A stretch of 60,072 nucleotides of DNA, the filler included, from Sluysia triapertura (Eukaryota), in the NCBI GenBank assembly GCA_046118255.1. It is 5 parts of 5 records of this genome, joined end to end, with 100 filler letters (N's around TTAATTAATTAA, not from the genome) between each part and the next. Parts side by side here need not be neighbours in the genome. Positions count along the whole stretch, not along the records: positions 11,175 to 24,507 come from JBJNIA010046125.1; positions 24,608 to 36,379 come from JBJNIA010160044.1; 3 more parts are not named here. One strand, written 5' to 3'. The position numbers and the translations under genes are program-made. Under the pieces are notes generated by a model. That model ran no database searches and had not been told where the DNA came from. It saw only the letters and a program-made list of their open reading frames with translations. Below, in pieces: positions 13,895-26,831 of the stretch; position 1 is the first letter of the stretch; the number at the start of each line of letters is the position of its first letter.

Positions 13895-14519
13895 TATAAT
13901 TAAAGTAATTTTTAATACATTACCAAATGAACTATATTCATATATTGATTTATTTGATTATAGTCTTCTACTTAAACTGATTGAACTAATTTCTTTCTCT
14001 TTAACATTTACACTAGATGCATCATCTGTTATTTTATCGTGCAATTTCGATTGACTTTTATATTCATATCTACACTGCTAGTGGTCATATAAATTAGATT
14101 ACGTAATACCTCATTCTTCGATTCCGATATCAGCTCATTTTTAACACCATTATGAGGAAGAATAGGTTTTAAACTTCTTTGTAGATGGTAACTGAATAAA
14201 TTATTTGACCGTAATCCATTAGAAACATAATCTTTCAAATCTTGTTTCTCACTATTTAATAAAGTAATATTCTCCATAGAAGGTACAGGTGTGTATCTTG
14301 AGTAACCGCAGTATTCGAACAATTGACTTTCTATGAGACAGTTCAATTGAAATGTCGGAGTTATTAAAAGAACAAATTTTATAACAGATACCAAATGCAT
14401 ACTTTGTAGATTGAGACATACACAAGTATATGAATACACATATATAAACTGGAAAAAACAAAAGAATAAGAAGAAAGATTTATAATAAGGATAAAAAAAA
14501 TAATGATAACAACAACATA

Positions 14520-14770
14520 ATTATTATATGTTTTAAAATAATAGTATTGTTGATGTTAATATGAAAGTTATTATAAAAGTTATTATATGATAATCATATT
14601 ATAGAACAATAATTACAATAATTATTATATTTTAATACGAGTGGGATTATAATAACAATAGCTGTGGTTCATCATGTACAATGGTTATGTTTGTTTTTTA
14701 ATGAGTTTAGTAGTTTATTTAATGATTTTATGTGATGAAGTATGGATATATCCCATGTGATTTCCCTACA
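14520..14770 (-). mobile_element. LTR-like terminal fragment (TGTAGGGAA family)
   Basis: Minus strand starts TGTAGGGAAATCAC at 14770 and aligns over ~250 nt to 36106-36370 (shared AAACTACTAAACTCATT, ATAATAACTTTTATAATAA). Confidence 0.65.
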
Positions 14771-15129
14771 TAAGTAGCTCACTGTCTCCTAAAGATGATA
14801 TTTTTAAAATTTATCGATTTTTTTGGTAACAAAGAGTTTAAATTAAAAACTTATCACGCTTTACCGACAACGATGCAATATCAAGAATAGGTGAAAGTTA
14901 TTGTATGTTAGCACAGATATTGTTTTTTTGCAATGTACTGAATTTAAATTACGTTACGTAAAAAATTCGAAAATATCAACGGTAGAAAGTACTACGATAC
15001 AACGCAAAATTATGACGCCTCTGAAGAAGTCAGACAGTTCAATATGAATATGTTTTTACATTATGTTTAATACATGCGAAACTGTTTTATTTTAATTATT
15101 TTCTTAATATTGTCAATATTTTACCAATA

Positions 15130-15430
15130 ATGTAATGTAGTATATTTTACATTGATATCATAATATACTAATTTCGATTGGATTTTTAACCATATCTGTA
15201 CAACCAGAATGGCAGGCCCAATGAATCAAAATTAATCCTTTACGTCATGTCAAATTTATTTCATTTAATTTATCGAAACACTTCTTTTCTGTTTCTAATG
15301 AACTAATTGTCTCACTTTTATCAGTTGAAAACCTATAAAAATCGACTCCATGGTCATTAATTTCAGAATTCAAAACTTCCGAATGATGTATATCGTTCAC
15401 AGATTCTTCGTTTTGAATACTTACTTTCAA
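15130..15430 (-). pseudogene. Ankyrin-repeat protein remnant
   Basis: ORF 15245-15430 read through its stop gives EINLT*RKGLILIHWACHSGCTDMVK; after a frameshift, YDINVKYTTLHY. Two degenerate ANK repeats. Confidence 0.6.
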
Positions 15431-15726
15431 AATTCAGTAAGCATTGTTTTCAAATAACCATTAGATAACTTATCCTAGACAAGTAACTTAACTTCCATAG
15501 ACAATAAGAGATCACTGTCATTTAAAATCAACAGATTATAAACACAAATTGAATTAAAATAATTAACATTGAGTCTCGATAAACTTTAAGCTTGCCATCC
15601 ATCTAATGATATCAGTGGTGATAATAATAATGACGACAATCGTGAATTATAGTATTAAGTAAAAGATGATGTAAAATATGTACAATAAATAAATGGTGTC
15701 GTGAATTACTTAGTTGTGAAGGTGTA

Positions 15727-16328
15727 AAATACAAGATGTACGAAGATGTATTTGATGACCTAAACAATGAGATTACAATTACGAATTTTGTTACATACGT
15801 TATGAATTATAAATCTATTATGCAGTGAACCACCACATCGACAAATTTCGAAGGAATATATAATGAATAAAATATTTATGAATATAATTCAACCAATTGT
15901 TAATTAATATTATTTTGACATTTCTATTATTTCATATCGGATAATTCATAATACTAAGTTAAATAAATTACAAATTGTTTCATTCATGTTTTATTTAATT
16001 AGAGTTTATTTCAATTCAGATGTTTCTCTCTAGGTCGATGTAAATCGATTTACTTCAGTAATAATTTGAAATTGTGTATTCTCAACCGCTATGTTGGATC
16101 TCGATTACCGAAAACTTTATTTCAACGCACTACAGATTGGATATGGTACAAAGTGATATTTTAACTCATCTGACTTTATTAATCACTTTTTCTTAGAAGT
16201 TTTACTTAAATTGACCTTGATATTATATATTTAAAACCAGTTATAATATTTATTGTTGTAATTAAATTTTAGATGTTCAAATTATGATTTAATTTTTGTG
16301 AAATAAATTTAATTAAAATAAATTAAAT
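15727..16328. repeat. ~600-bp dispersed duplication, copy 1
   Basis: Same-orientation homology with 22070-22648, including the identical core TAGGTCGATGTAAATCGATTTACTTCAGTAATAATTTGAAATTGTGTATTCTCAACCG. Confidence 0.9.
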
Positions 16329-17257
16329 GAATGAGTTCATTAAGTATTCGACTTACTTTACAACTGATTAAGTTGTGAAGTTTAATGTTTTTTTGTGGTG
16401 AGTACCTTACAATCTTAGTTTTAGTCACTTAAGGGCTAAGTGGTAAGTAGCAATTAAGAAGAATTTAAGCGGAGGTATCTACAAATATTAAAATAAAAGA
16501 AGGTATATTTTTGATAATGAAAATCATCTTTCTTATAAGTTAGAAATTAAAGAATTCTTTTTTGTGCAAAATTTTTAAATAAATTATAAATATTTTCTTT
16601 TCTCTTTTATAAAATCAGCAATTATATGTTAAGTAGTATTTTACTACCGTATTGAAAAAACGGTATCCTTAATAAATTTTTACAATTTAGCAAAATTTTT
16701 ACGTCTATTTTTCAATCGAGTAAAATCGGTGAGCCTTACAATAAATAAAAATACAATAAATTATAAATACTTTAAAGAAGTTTGATATTATTATTTTGTA
16801 ATCGTTATAATTAAAATTTGAATAATATAATTTACAACGCCTATTAAATATGGTTGTTCAATTTTAATGAAAATTTTATGTAGGATTTTACTGTCTCATT
16901 AAAAAAGAATTACTTAAAGAAATCAAACTAACGAATAATTAATGTAAAATCAGAACTGGTTCCATCAATGTAAACAAAAATCTAAATGTAAACGGTAATC
17001 CAGCAAACAAGATTTTTCAGAAAGAGAAATTTTAAAATATTATAATAATGTTAAAATAATGTTGTTTTTGCGTGAATTGTGATTCTGTTTATATCAAAAT
17101 CTGGTGACCTTGAATGTAGAAAAATTGATAGTTTTAAATAAGGAAAGAATAATTTTTTTCAACTTTGATTTGGATTAATTTTAGTTTTAATTAATTTTTT
17201 AGTTTTAATTTATTACAATAATTTATCACAATAATAATTATAATAATAACAATAATA

Positions 17258-17306
<49 letters not shown>

Positions 17307-18379
17307 TTAAAATCAATAAATTATATATAATGTTACTTATGTAGAATTATTTTTAGAATTAATAACATAATAACTGCATAAATATATACATTGTACATGT
17401 ACATGTTGGCATATACGTGTTGACATAACTTTCTCATACGGAAAAATTAGTCTCTAATTTTAAAATAAATCGTACTATTATTCAAAATCAAAATCATCAT
17501 ACAATAAAGTAATTATTGGAAGATCATCACTGCACGTAAAAAATTCATTATCAGTCAGAATTTTTCCAATAACTATAAATTCGTCACTACAGAGTTCATC
17601 GTTACTTTCTGCATCGAAGTCCACATTTGGGGATGTATCTTCTGTTTCTTGGTTCTATGTTTCTTTATTTGCGTGGATGCTATCGGCTGTCTTTTTGTAG
17701 TTTCTGCTAGCACTGTTGTTCTCTTTCTTTCAGTCGGTTCCGCTGGTAATTTCGTAGATTTATTTTTATTTATTGAGTTTTTGATATGTTATTTTTATGT
17801 CGCCTTTGAGGTGGTGAAAAAGAAATAGGTTTAGCAAAATGGAAAGAATCTGTGCAGGATGAGGTAGAAGGAAGTGAAGAATAAGAAAAAAGAGGAAAAG
17901 AAAAAGAAGAAGGAGGAGGTACATTTGAAGAATTAATTAATTTTGAGTCGTCATTTTGTGGCAATAAAGATTCAAAATGAGAAATCAAATCTTTGGCGTG
18001 TTGTATAAACGAATCAGGAAATGGAAAGGGTACCCTAATTTTAAAACGTTCCGTGCTTTTAATATGAGGTTAAAAGATTCTTGGAAGACTAAATTTGTGA
18101 ATGTAAGATTGACAATTATGATGTCAGATAAGATTGCCACCAGTACTTTGTCCTAAAGAGCTGTTAACCAGTACTGGCGGATATCCGCTATATCTTTAGA
18201 ATTAATAAGGTCAATTTCTGCAGTTAATATAGAAACTGAGAAACTTGAAAAATAATCCATAGACACATATTTCTTTGTGTCTCTTTACTCATTAAATACT
18301 TTCTTAATATTTAGCATATATATTAGACTATATATTTTTTCTGATAAAATTTCAACATTTTCAAGGACACTATGAAACT

Positions 18380-18655
18380 CCTCATTAGGTGCCTTTTTTG
18401 CAAAGGTGATCTTGTCATTCAATACTTGAAATGACGACTCATCAGTAAAACATAGTTGATGACTCCGATCATCCTCATTTAAATTTTGGTGTTGCTTAGC
18501 TTTGACTGATCATCTATGGTGTCATCCCACTCGCAAACCATTGTCTGCAAGTCTCCTTCTGATTGTTCTGATACGAAAGTGAATTTCACAATCTAGCTGC
18601 TTCTGCAATGTCATACGATTAACAGTAGAAAGTCTCACCACATGTCTGTCATTTA
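18380..18655 (-). mobile_element. Tc1-family transposase remnant
   Basis: DRHVVRLSTVNR...RTIRRRLADNGLR...KQHQNLNEDDRSHQLCFTDESSFQV: Tc3-type HTH plus the first catalytic Asp motif (FSDES-like); no TIRs found. Confidence 0.75.
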
Positions 18656-21600
18656 TCGCGATTTAGAACATAGCTATATTATATATCACTTTTTGTATAT
18701 TCTACATAATATTTCGTATCTTACACATTCAATAATGTACAAATATTAAGAAAACCAAATAAAAACATAATTTTTCTGTTTTAGTCTAATAATTTGACCA
18801 TTGAACACATTAAAATCATATAGCAGTGCTTACAATTCGTTCTTAGTCTCTAACTACACGCGAAAACCGTTTCTCAGTATACAGCTTCATCAGAACTTAT
18901 TTCCTATATAGTTCCATAAAATATTATTATTAACTTTTTCTGCGCCTTTAATTATACTAATTATTGTAATATTTAATAATACAATTATAATAATATTTAA
19001 TTATGCGATTACAGTAATAATATTAACTTTTTCTGACTTCGTTACATTCTTCGACGATTTATTTTCGACTCCTGAATGAATTTGATTTATTTGTTTGGTA
19101 TTTTTAATTTGATCATCTTTATTTCATTATTGTTGCATTATTTTTCATTTCGATAATTAATATTATCATCAAGATTATTAAATGACGGTTATACAATCAT
19201 TTCTTCTAAAGATTATCCTTGTCGAAGATGGATAAGTCGAAACTGTAAGAATTGGATTGATAAAAATTACTGAATCATTATGTAATGTCGATTGAAAAGA
19301 TTTGTGAGTTCGAATGACAAATACTTTGTGTTGTGCAGTATATAAGATCAGTGAAGTAACACTTCACTGTTTCCATAGTATTATAAAGGTCATACTTGGT
19401 AAAATATTAATTTACTTTAATTAAAATTAATGTCAAAGAGCGGTTGGAAAATAGATTAATGTAGACTGTGTTAAATAAATAAGATTTCAATGCAAATTAT
19501 TTATACGGACTTGGAGTCGAGGTAGTACTGGCAAACTCGTATAGGTATTTCGTAATGTGGCTTCTTAATGTAATGTAAGACTTTTTTCGATCCTACTATG
19601 AATTTGGGTATTAAATTTACTTTAGATTTATCAGAATTAAAGTCTAAAATTCTGTCTTAATCTTTGTGGCCCATAAAAGTCATTGTCACATATATTGAAT
19701 TAAGATTGAAAACATGATGAACATGCTTATGGTCTGGAATTAACATAATTATGCAATCATCAAAAACGCTTTCAAATTCGACATTAAAAGTTGCATAAAA
19801 TCGCAAATCAATTGCTCTAGAAGGGTAATCAAACTTTATTATAATCAAAACTGAATATATATAAAAGATATAAATATTTAATATTATTTAACTCAACTAA
19901 TGTTCCTTCTCTCTAGAATTATATTCTGAATACTTAAACATATGTATTATTTCCCTTAGAAATAACTCTTTAATATATCACTTTGTGCAAGATCATAAAA
20001 TTAACCAACTAATCTTAATTTTAATCTGGTAAGAAAATATCCAATTGAAAGCATTTAATAAGCTTTCCTAATTTAATTAAATAACTTTTCAAATTCGTAA
20101 AATCAACTCAATTATAAGACACCTAAATTCAATTATAAAAACCCTCAATATTAATTCACTTACATAATCATTTAAACTCTTAACTTTTAATATTAATTTA
20201 ATTACAAATATTTTATTATTAATTCAATTAGTAATAACTTTAATTCTACAAATTAATAAACTCAAAATAATAATAATTTTTATTAAAAAATAATTATATA
20301 AACTAAACCTTTTACATCAATATTATATAACAAAACCTATGAGATTAATAATACATTAAAAATTAAAAGAATTTTCATGTACAAATATTAAAATTTCTTT
20401 TAATATACAAGCATATTTTACTAGAATATTGTTCAAGAATATGTTACTAGTTGTAGTGTCCAACTCCCGCATCAACGACTAACACATGCAATCACAAATA
20501 TCCATTACATATTACATCTTCGCCACATCTTACAAACATAACAACACCTAAAATGTAACACACTTTAAACATAGTACTTCAACATACCCCAACTTAAATA
20601 GAAAGTAATATAATCACATTACGGTAAATTACCACTTAACACCACTTCAATCCGCCAATATCGCCCTACTCAACTACTCCAACATCTTGTCATTCGCTTT
20701 TTATTACTATTATTGTTATTGTATCACAATCAAATCGATGAAAGGGCGCAACGTGTCAAAGTATACGTTTCGAGAAAGAGAAATTCTAAATATTACGGAT
20801 GTTTGATTATTAAATAAGAATAAATGCATTAATGTTTATTATTCAAATGGTTGATTTATATACATTGAACAAATTGATATATTAGGCTTTAAATCTAATA
20901 CAATTATGTATTTTAGTAAGAGTTTAAGATTTAGGTTTCTTTTAATTCTTCTTCATAAAAAGGATGAAAAACTTATACAAATGAAACTTACTACTAATCG
21001 TGGAAAGAGCAAATTATGGAATTCTTGTGTTTAGAAATTGATAATTGTTCAACTGATGTGTGAAAATATCTTTAACTGATCTGAATCGTTACTAGTTTCG
21101 TCCTTGTCAAAACCTAAAACTAGTCTTCAAAAACGAATTATGCAAAGAATGAGAGTGCAATTAAAAAATTGTGTGTAATGTATGATTTATAACTAATTTT
21201 ATCGTTTTATAAATAATATTAAAAATAACATTTAGAAGTAATAGGAAAGAGTATATTATTTGAGTAAAATATTCAAAAATAATTAATTAAGTTATAATGA
21301 TGTTTATTATTTTTATTTTTAAAACTTGATATCCATGTTTGTAATAGTATTCTAATTTGATTATAATGCATGTTTAAAGATAGTAAAGTATTTGAAAGAA
21401 TTACAATAACTACTGAAATAAAATAAGTCTTATAATTCAAATCAAAGATAAAATGGAGATCAGTGACACGCTTGTTTTGTCTCTGTTCGAGATAAATAAT
21501 CTATATTTCTTTTGAATATAATTGTGGTGATTTAATATGAAAGTCTTCTGATGTTTTAACAAACACGCATTTACATATTCATTTAATTTTGCAAAAACAT

Positions 21601-22069
21601 GTCACAAACCATTTTCAAATCTTTACTCAATTTTCGGAACAATTTCGAACCTCGTATATCTTCAAAAGCATGTCGAGGTTAAGTCAGAAAATTCATGAAA
21701 TTATAAATTCAAAACAAAAATAATTAAATAAATTTAAGAATTAAAAATTAATTAATATTAATAAATTTTTTAATAAGTTCTGCAAAGAATTTAAATTTTG
21801 TATTTTATATTTTTGTTTGTTCTAAAATTAAAAATTTAAATTTTTTTAAACTTCCTCTTTAAGTTTTATAAAACAGTGTCTGAATTTGGTGGAAAAATTC
21901 ATAATATAAATCTGTTGCAAAGCAATGATCAACATGATCTTTATTATAAGTCAAATAATGTTATATCTCAATGATCAATAATTTAAAATTACTATTTGGT
22001 CAATCAAAATATATTAAAAATGATGTGTAGGTAGATTTTAGCAATGAATTTCATTTCCTCGTAATACTG

Positions 22070-22648
22070 AAATACACGATGTGCGACGAACTATTTGATG
22101 ATCTAAACTTATGTGATTAGAGTTAAGAATTTTATTAGATATGTTTTGAATTATAGATTTATTATGCAGTGTTTCTTCAGTAAGATTTGATGATATGAAA
22201 TGAACCATCAACAAAATGCAAAGGAATATATAATGAATAAAATATTCATAAATATAATTCAACTATTTATTAATTAATATGATATTTTGATACTTCTATT
22301 ATTCATTTCAAATAATAATTAGAGTTTATTTTAATTCAGATGTTTCGCTCTAGGTCGATGTAAATCGATTTACTTCAGTAATAATTTGAAATTGTGTATT
22401 CTCAACCGTTTTGTTGGATCGCGATTATCGCAAACTTTATTTCAACGTGCTACAGATTGGATGTGGTACAAAGTGATATTTTAACTCAGCTGGCTTTATT
22501 AATAACATTTTCTTAGAAGTGTTACTTAACTTAACCTTCATATTATATATTTAAAACCAGTTGTAATATTTATTGTTGTAATTAAATTTTAGATGTTCAA
22601 ATTATGATTTAATTTTGTGATATAAACTTATTTTAAAATAAATTAGAC
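22070..22648. repeat. ~600-bp dispersed duplication, copy 2
   Basis: Homologous to 15727-16328; overlaps ORF 22038-22262. Confidence 0.9.
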
Positions 22649-24035
22649 GAAAAATCAAATAACTTAGAATTAAATCGAAAACACTTGTGATAAATAATGA
22701 AAATTCAGATTTAAAAATGGAACTTTATAACTTACGACTTATAAAACTTATGCAATAAACTTAACTTAATGATTATCAGTAATCTTCAAAATCAGAATAT
22801 TCAAATCAAAATTTAGGAGATTTAATTTTTGTGAAATAAACTTATTTTAAGATAAATTTAGTATTCGACTTACAAATGATTGATAGATCGTTTGGTATGT
22901 AAATTTTATACGATTTAATTAGGTAAAAATAAAATACTTAAGAAAGTTCGTAATTTTAAATTAAGAAAGTACGTGATTGTTAAATTCTAAGACGTTTCTG
23001 CACAATATGAAAAAAAATCAAGATTTGCTATCGAATTACTTGAATAATTGATCGTAAATAAAATTTTTGCAGTTAAAATAGTAACTGAGGAACTCGCCCT
23101 ATGTACAATTCTTGAAAAATAATTCATTCTATATATAATACATTCTATATGAATAAAATTTCTGTATGTTTTGGATCTCACTAATTTTATCTATTATTTT
23201 ACCTTCACCATAATTTTTGGAGAAAGTAGTTATTTTCCAACATTTTACATTATTTTCCGCGACAAATGTCGGTTGTAAATGGCATATATTTATACACATT
23301 TGATTAATAGCACAAAATTGGCTATTGTGAAAGAAGGTAATTCTGTTTCTAATATATAAACGAAAGCTGAATCCTCTGTTAAACAGTTTAGTAGCTATAA
23401 ATACCCTCTTTGTAGACAGTTTCATGTCATTCTAAAAAGTTCCATCATGTTTTTATGTTTTCACAATGTGACATTAAATTTATCGATTGAGTCAGAAAAT
23501 ATGAGTATTACAAATACAGAGAAATTTTATCTGCAACAGAAATCAAGTTACCGAATACTTATCGAAATTACGAATCATGGCAATACCATAAAGAAATATG
23601 GAGTAGAGAAGAAATGAAGAAGAAGAGTATGTTCTTCCACTTTATAAACAATTTTTACATGGTTCAAAATAAAACAATCTGCAGAATTTAGAATACACTG
23701 TTAATTCATAATTTAATCATATATTAAACTTAGTACACGTTTGTGTAAATCGAATATAGACAAACAAATTCAATAACGTTATAAATATCGAATAGGTTTG
23801 ATTAATTTAATATTCCATGAATTTAATAATCAATTATTTGATTTTTATAGTCTGAAACACTAATAATTATTTCTTTTATTTATAAAATCGATTTATAAAA
23901 CATTTTAAGATTTTGATAAGGTTAGACTTGGTAATGTTAATTTTAACTGACACCAATTTAGTTGAGTATTGAACCTTTTAATTTTAATTTTAAAATTAAT
24001 ATAATTTTTATTTGCATCATTAAATCTAAGTTCGT

Positions 24036-24408
24036 TCAAGCGTTCGTTACAAATATGATGTTTAAAATTTTATGTCGTCTTATGGTTAAAAATTTAGGAA
24101 GATCAATTAAAAAGAAATTAACAATTATAATTTTATTATTTTTGCTGTTATAATTTAGCTTCGTCCAAGATTGATCATCTAAAATAAAATGGCAGTTTAA
24201 GTTAGAGATAAGATAAACAAAAATAATAATTACATTGTCGCTGCCATTATTATCAACATCATAAGAGCACTGTAAAATTTGCAAAGCCGATGGTGTCACC
24301 TTTTGATCCTGAAATAGTGCACAATCCACACAGTCAAGCTCACTTGGTTCATCTTCATTATCATTCTTGATTGAACAAATCTCCAACAAGACAAAAACAG
24401 CTACTTCT
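24036..24408 (-). pseudogene. Truncated paralogue of orphan ORF 37002-37652
   Basis: VLLEICS..LDCVDCALFQDQ..ALQILQ..NVIIIFVYLISNLNCHFILDDQSWTKL aligns with ALLEIYL..INCTDCLWFKDQ..NLQVLQ..NVIISFIHFVYNLYLHFILDDNSWGRL; N-terminus replaced by an insertion starting at 24409. Confidence 0.75.
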
Positions 24409-24507
24409 TGTAGTGGTCAACTTTTATAAGTTAAGATTAAAATAAATCTTACTAAAAATAACCTTACTGACAGCCATACTCTTTAACTATAAACACTACA
24501 CAATTTA
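24409..24507 (+). mobile_element. LTR-like terminus inserted into the orphan ORF
   Basis: TGTAGTGGTCAACTTTT at 24409, close to where protein homology to 37002-37652 breaks. Confidence 0.55.
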
Positions 24508-24607
24508 NNNNNNNNNNNNNNNNNNNNNNNNNNNNNNNNNNNNNNNNNNNNTTAATTAATTAANNNNNNNNNNNNNNNNNNNNNNNNNNNNNNNNNNNNN
24601 NNNNNNN
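24508..24607. other. Artificial contig linker
   Basis: N44-TTAATTAATTAA-N44. Confidence 0.97.
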
Positions 24608-24954
24608 TATGAATATTAATTATTAATAAACATTTATTGAAGTTTATTTTACAAATTTTTAAATTCAATTCAGATGTATTAAAATTGGAACTAAAGTAAT
24701 ATAAAAGACATTGATTGATTTAAATTTCATCAAACAAAATATCTGAAGGTGTCTGAAACTTTAAACAAGATAATATAAACATCATCATAGACTAAGAAGA
24801 TATAATAATAAAAATCAAAATGTCGTACTTGAAATAATATATGGTATATATTCACATCTGATGTAGGGATTCAATTTACGAAATGTTTTCGTAGTTAATA
24901 TATAGTGCCTAACCCAAATAATCGTATTATCATTTGCTACAATATCGTTCTTAA

Positions 24955-25170
24955 TATCATATTACTAAGTTTAACAACTTCCTCAATGTTAGAAATTGTG
25001 ATCATTGGAATAATTGGAGTTTCAATCATCATTTTCAAAAATAAGTTGAACATCTCCTCATTGAACTCAAATCATACAAATGAATAGAAAATTCCATAGT
25101 TGTTTTCATAAAATAGAATTTAATTTCTCCGTAAGCATCAAAAACATATAAAGTTTCGTCACTAAGATTA
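24955..25170 (-). pseudogene. Possible BTB/POZ domain remnant
   Basis: NLSDETLYVFDAYGEIKFYFMK..SIHLYD[fs]EFNEEMFNLFLKMMIETPIIPMITISNIEEVVKLSNM follows the BTB pattern SDVTLxV..F..; IxLxDxxxExFxxLLxFxY..ITxxNVEELLxLA. Confidence 0.4.
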
Positions 25171-26619
25171 AATAATTAGTCATATAAATTAATGTAACTA
25201 ATCCTGAGATTAAAGTATTACAATGTTAGACATTTTTCATTATTGTTGTAGATGTTTCTAATATTTGTCTATAATAAACATCATCAATTGAGTATTTTAA
25301 TAGGTTCAATTTGTGGTGGTTCTTGATTAAAGCTTGGCATTGTTGATCGTAATGTGACATTTTGGTCATTAGAATGATGATCAATGTGTAAAGTATATTT
25401 GAATAAATTTGAATTCAAAGCTTTAAAATTAATGCCTCATAAAAATAAAATTTGAGGTAAAAAAATTGTTGTGTCCAAAATAAATATTGATTTGTGTCTA
25501 ATTTTGTCAAATTTTAATGACCAATAAAAGCAACTTTCTTGTTACCACATAATTTTTTAATATGAAATTTTTATCAAGGCACACTGTCAGATAATGACAG
25601 TGAATAAAACAGCAGATAATTAAAAAATGTCTAAATTTACAGTTAGAAAAATTAATTGTAAAAGCAATAATTATAATGATGAGAATAATAATAATGTTTG
25701 ATTAAAAATATTACTAATAATAATAATAAAATAAAATTAACATAAAGATAAAAATAATTCATTTTCCGAATTTTTGTGTAATTAATTAATCTGCACTATC
25801 ATTTGCCTCATTTAACGTAGCTTTGTTCGAAAAGAAGTTCTCATCATCTCGTTCTCATAACATTTGATTTGGATTGTTAATAGAACTATTTTGACTGGGT
25901 ATATTTGATGTGATATCACCATATTGTTTTATTCGCGTTATATATGGAAATGTTTCTGTTAGAACATCTGAATCTTTAGAATTTGTTTGTTTTTACAAAA
26001 TTGATGATAATGTTGATGCTGAAGTTGATATTGAAGATAATAAAGAATTAATCGATGGATTATTAGATGACGACAATTCTGAATTTAAGTGTAATCTACT
26101 ATTCACATTGGTATCACAAGAATAAGAATTAATTGCTATGTAAAATCCATCCCCACCATCCTGGAACATTCTTTCGATCATTATCAACTCTAGAAATATC
26201 TTCTTCTTTTTCTTGCTTTATCTCTCCCTTCAGTTGCAAGTTCAAATTCATTATTATAATGAGTATATAGATGGAAAATTGATTGTAGACTCAGTTCCGA
26301 TACTTCATAATTGGCACATTCAACGAATAAACTGTTTCTAGTTTTGAATCGACGATTTTAATGGTAGTGACATTAGGGCCTTGTGTTTGTACTATCTGAG
26401 TGTTGGTAATACGAATTTACCGCGCAGTAGTAATTGCAGAATCTAAATATATAGCATACATTATGTCTTGTACTAACTAGGAAAGAATTTTGTTGAACAA
26501 CATTATAATGGCAATCTGATGTGTTGATAAACACAAATATTCAAACAAGTAGGAACATGGCTAATGAGTGAGTAATATGCGGACTATTGTTAGAAAGATA
26601 AAGATGAAGGATAAAAATA

Positions 26620-26831
26620 AAATTAAAAAAAAATTATGAATGAATATAGTGAGAAAGTATTGACAAAGTTAAAGGTGTTAACAGAAATTCCATTTAGTTT
26701 ATTATTATTTTGAAATTTAAAATACAAATTTAATGATTTTTGATGTAATGAGTGCTTTGGGTGTTGTAAAATGGTGATTTTTAGTGTAGTGTGATGTATA
26801 CAAAACTTTTATGAAGAAGTTGGCCACTACA
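26620..26831 (-). mobile_element. LTR-like terminal fragment (TGTAGTGG family)
   Basis: Minus strand starts TGTAGTGGCCAACTT at 26831; internal similarity to 35680-35760 (CATCAAAA..TCATT, ATTTCAAAATAAT, AAATGGAATTTCT). Confidence 0.55.

Noticed and set aside
13767-14054. 95-aa plus-strand ORF
   Set aside because: Partly antisense to the SAPS pseudogene; no motif
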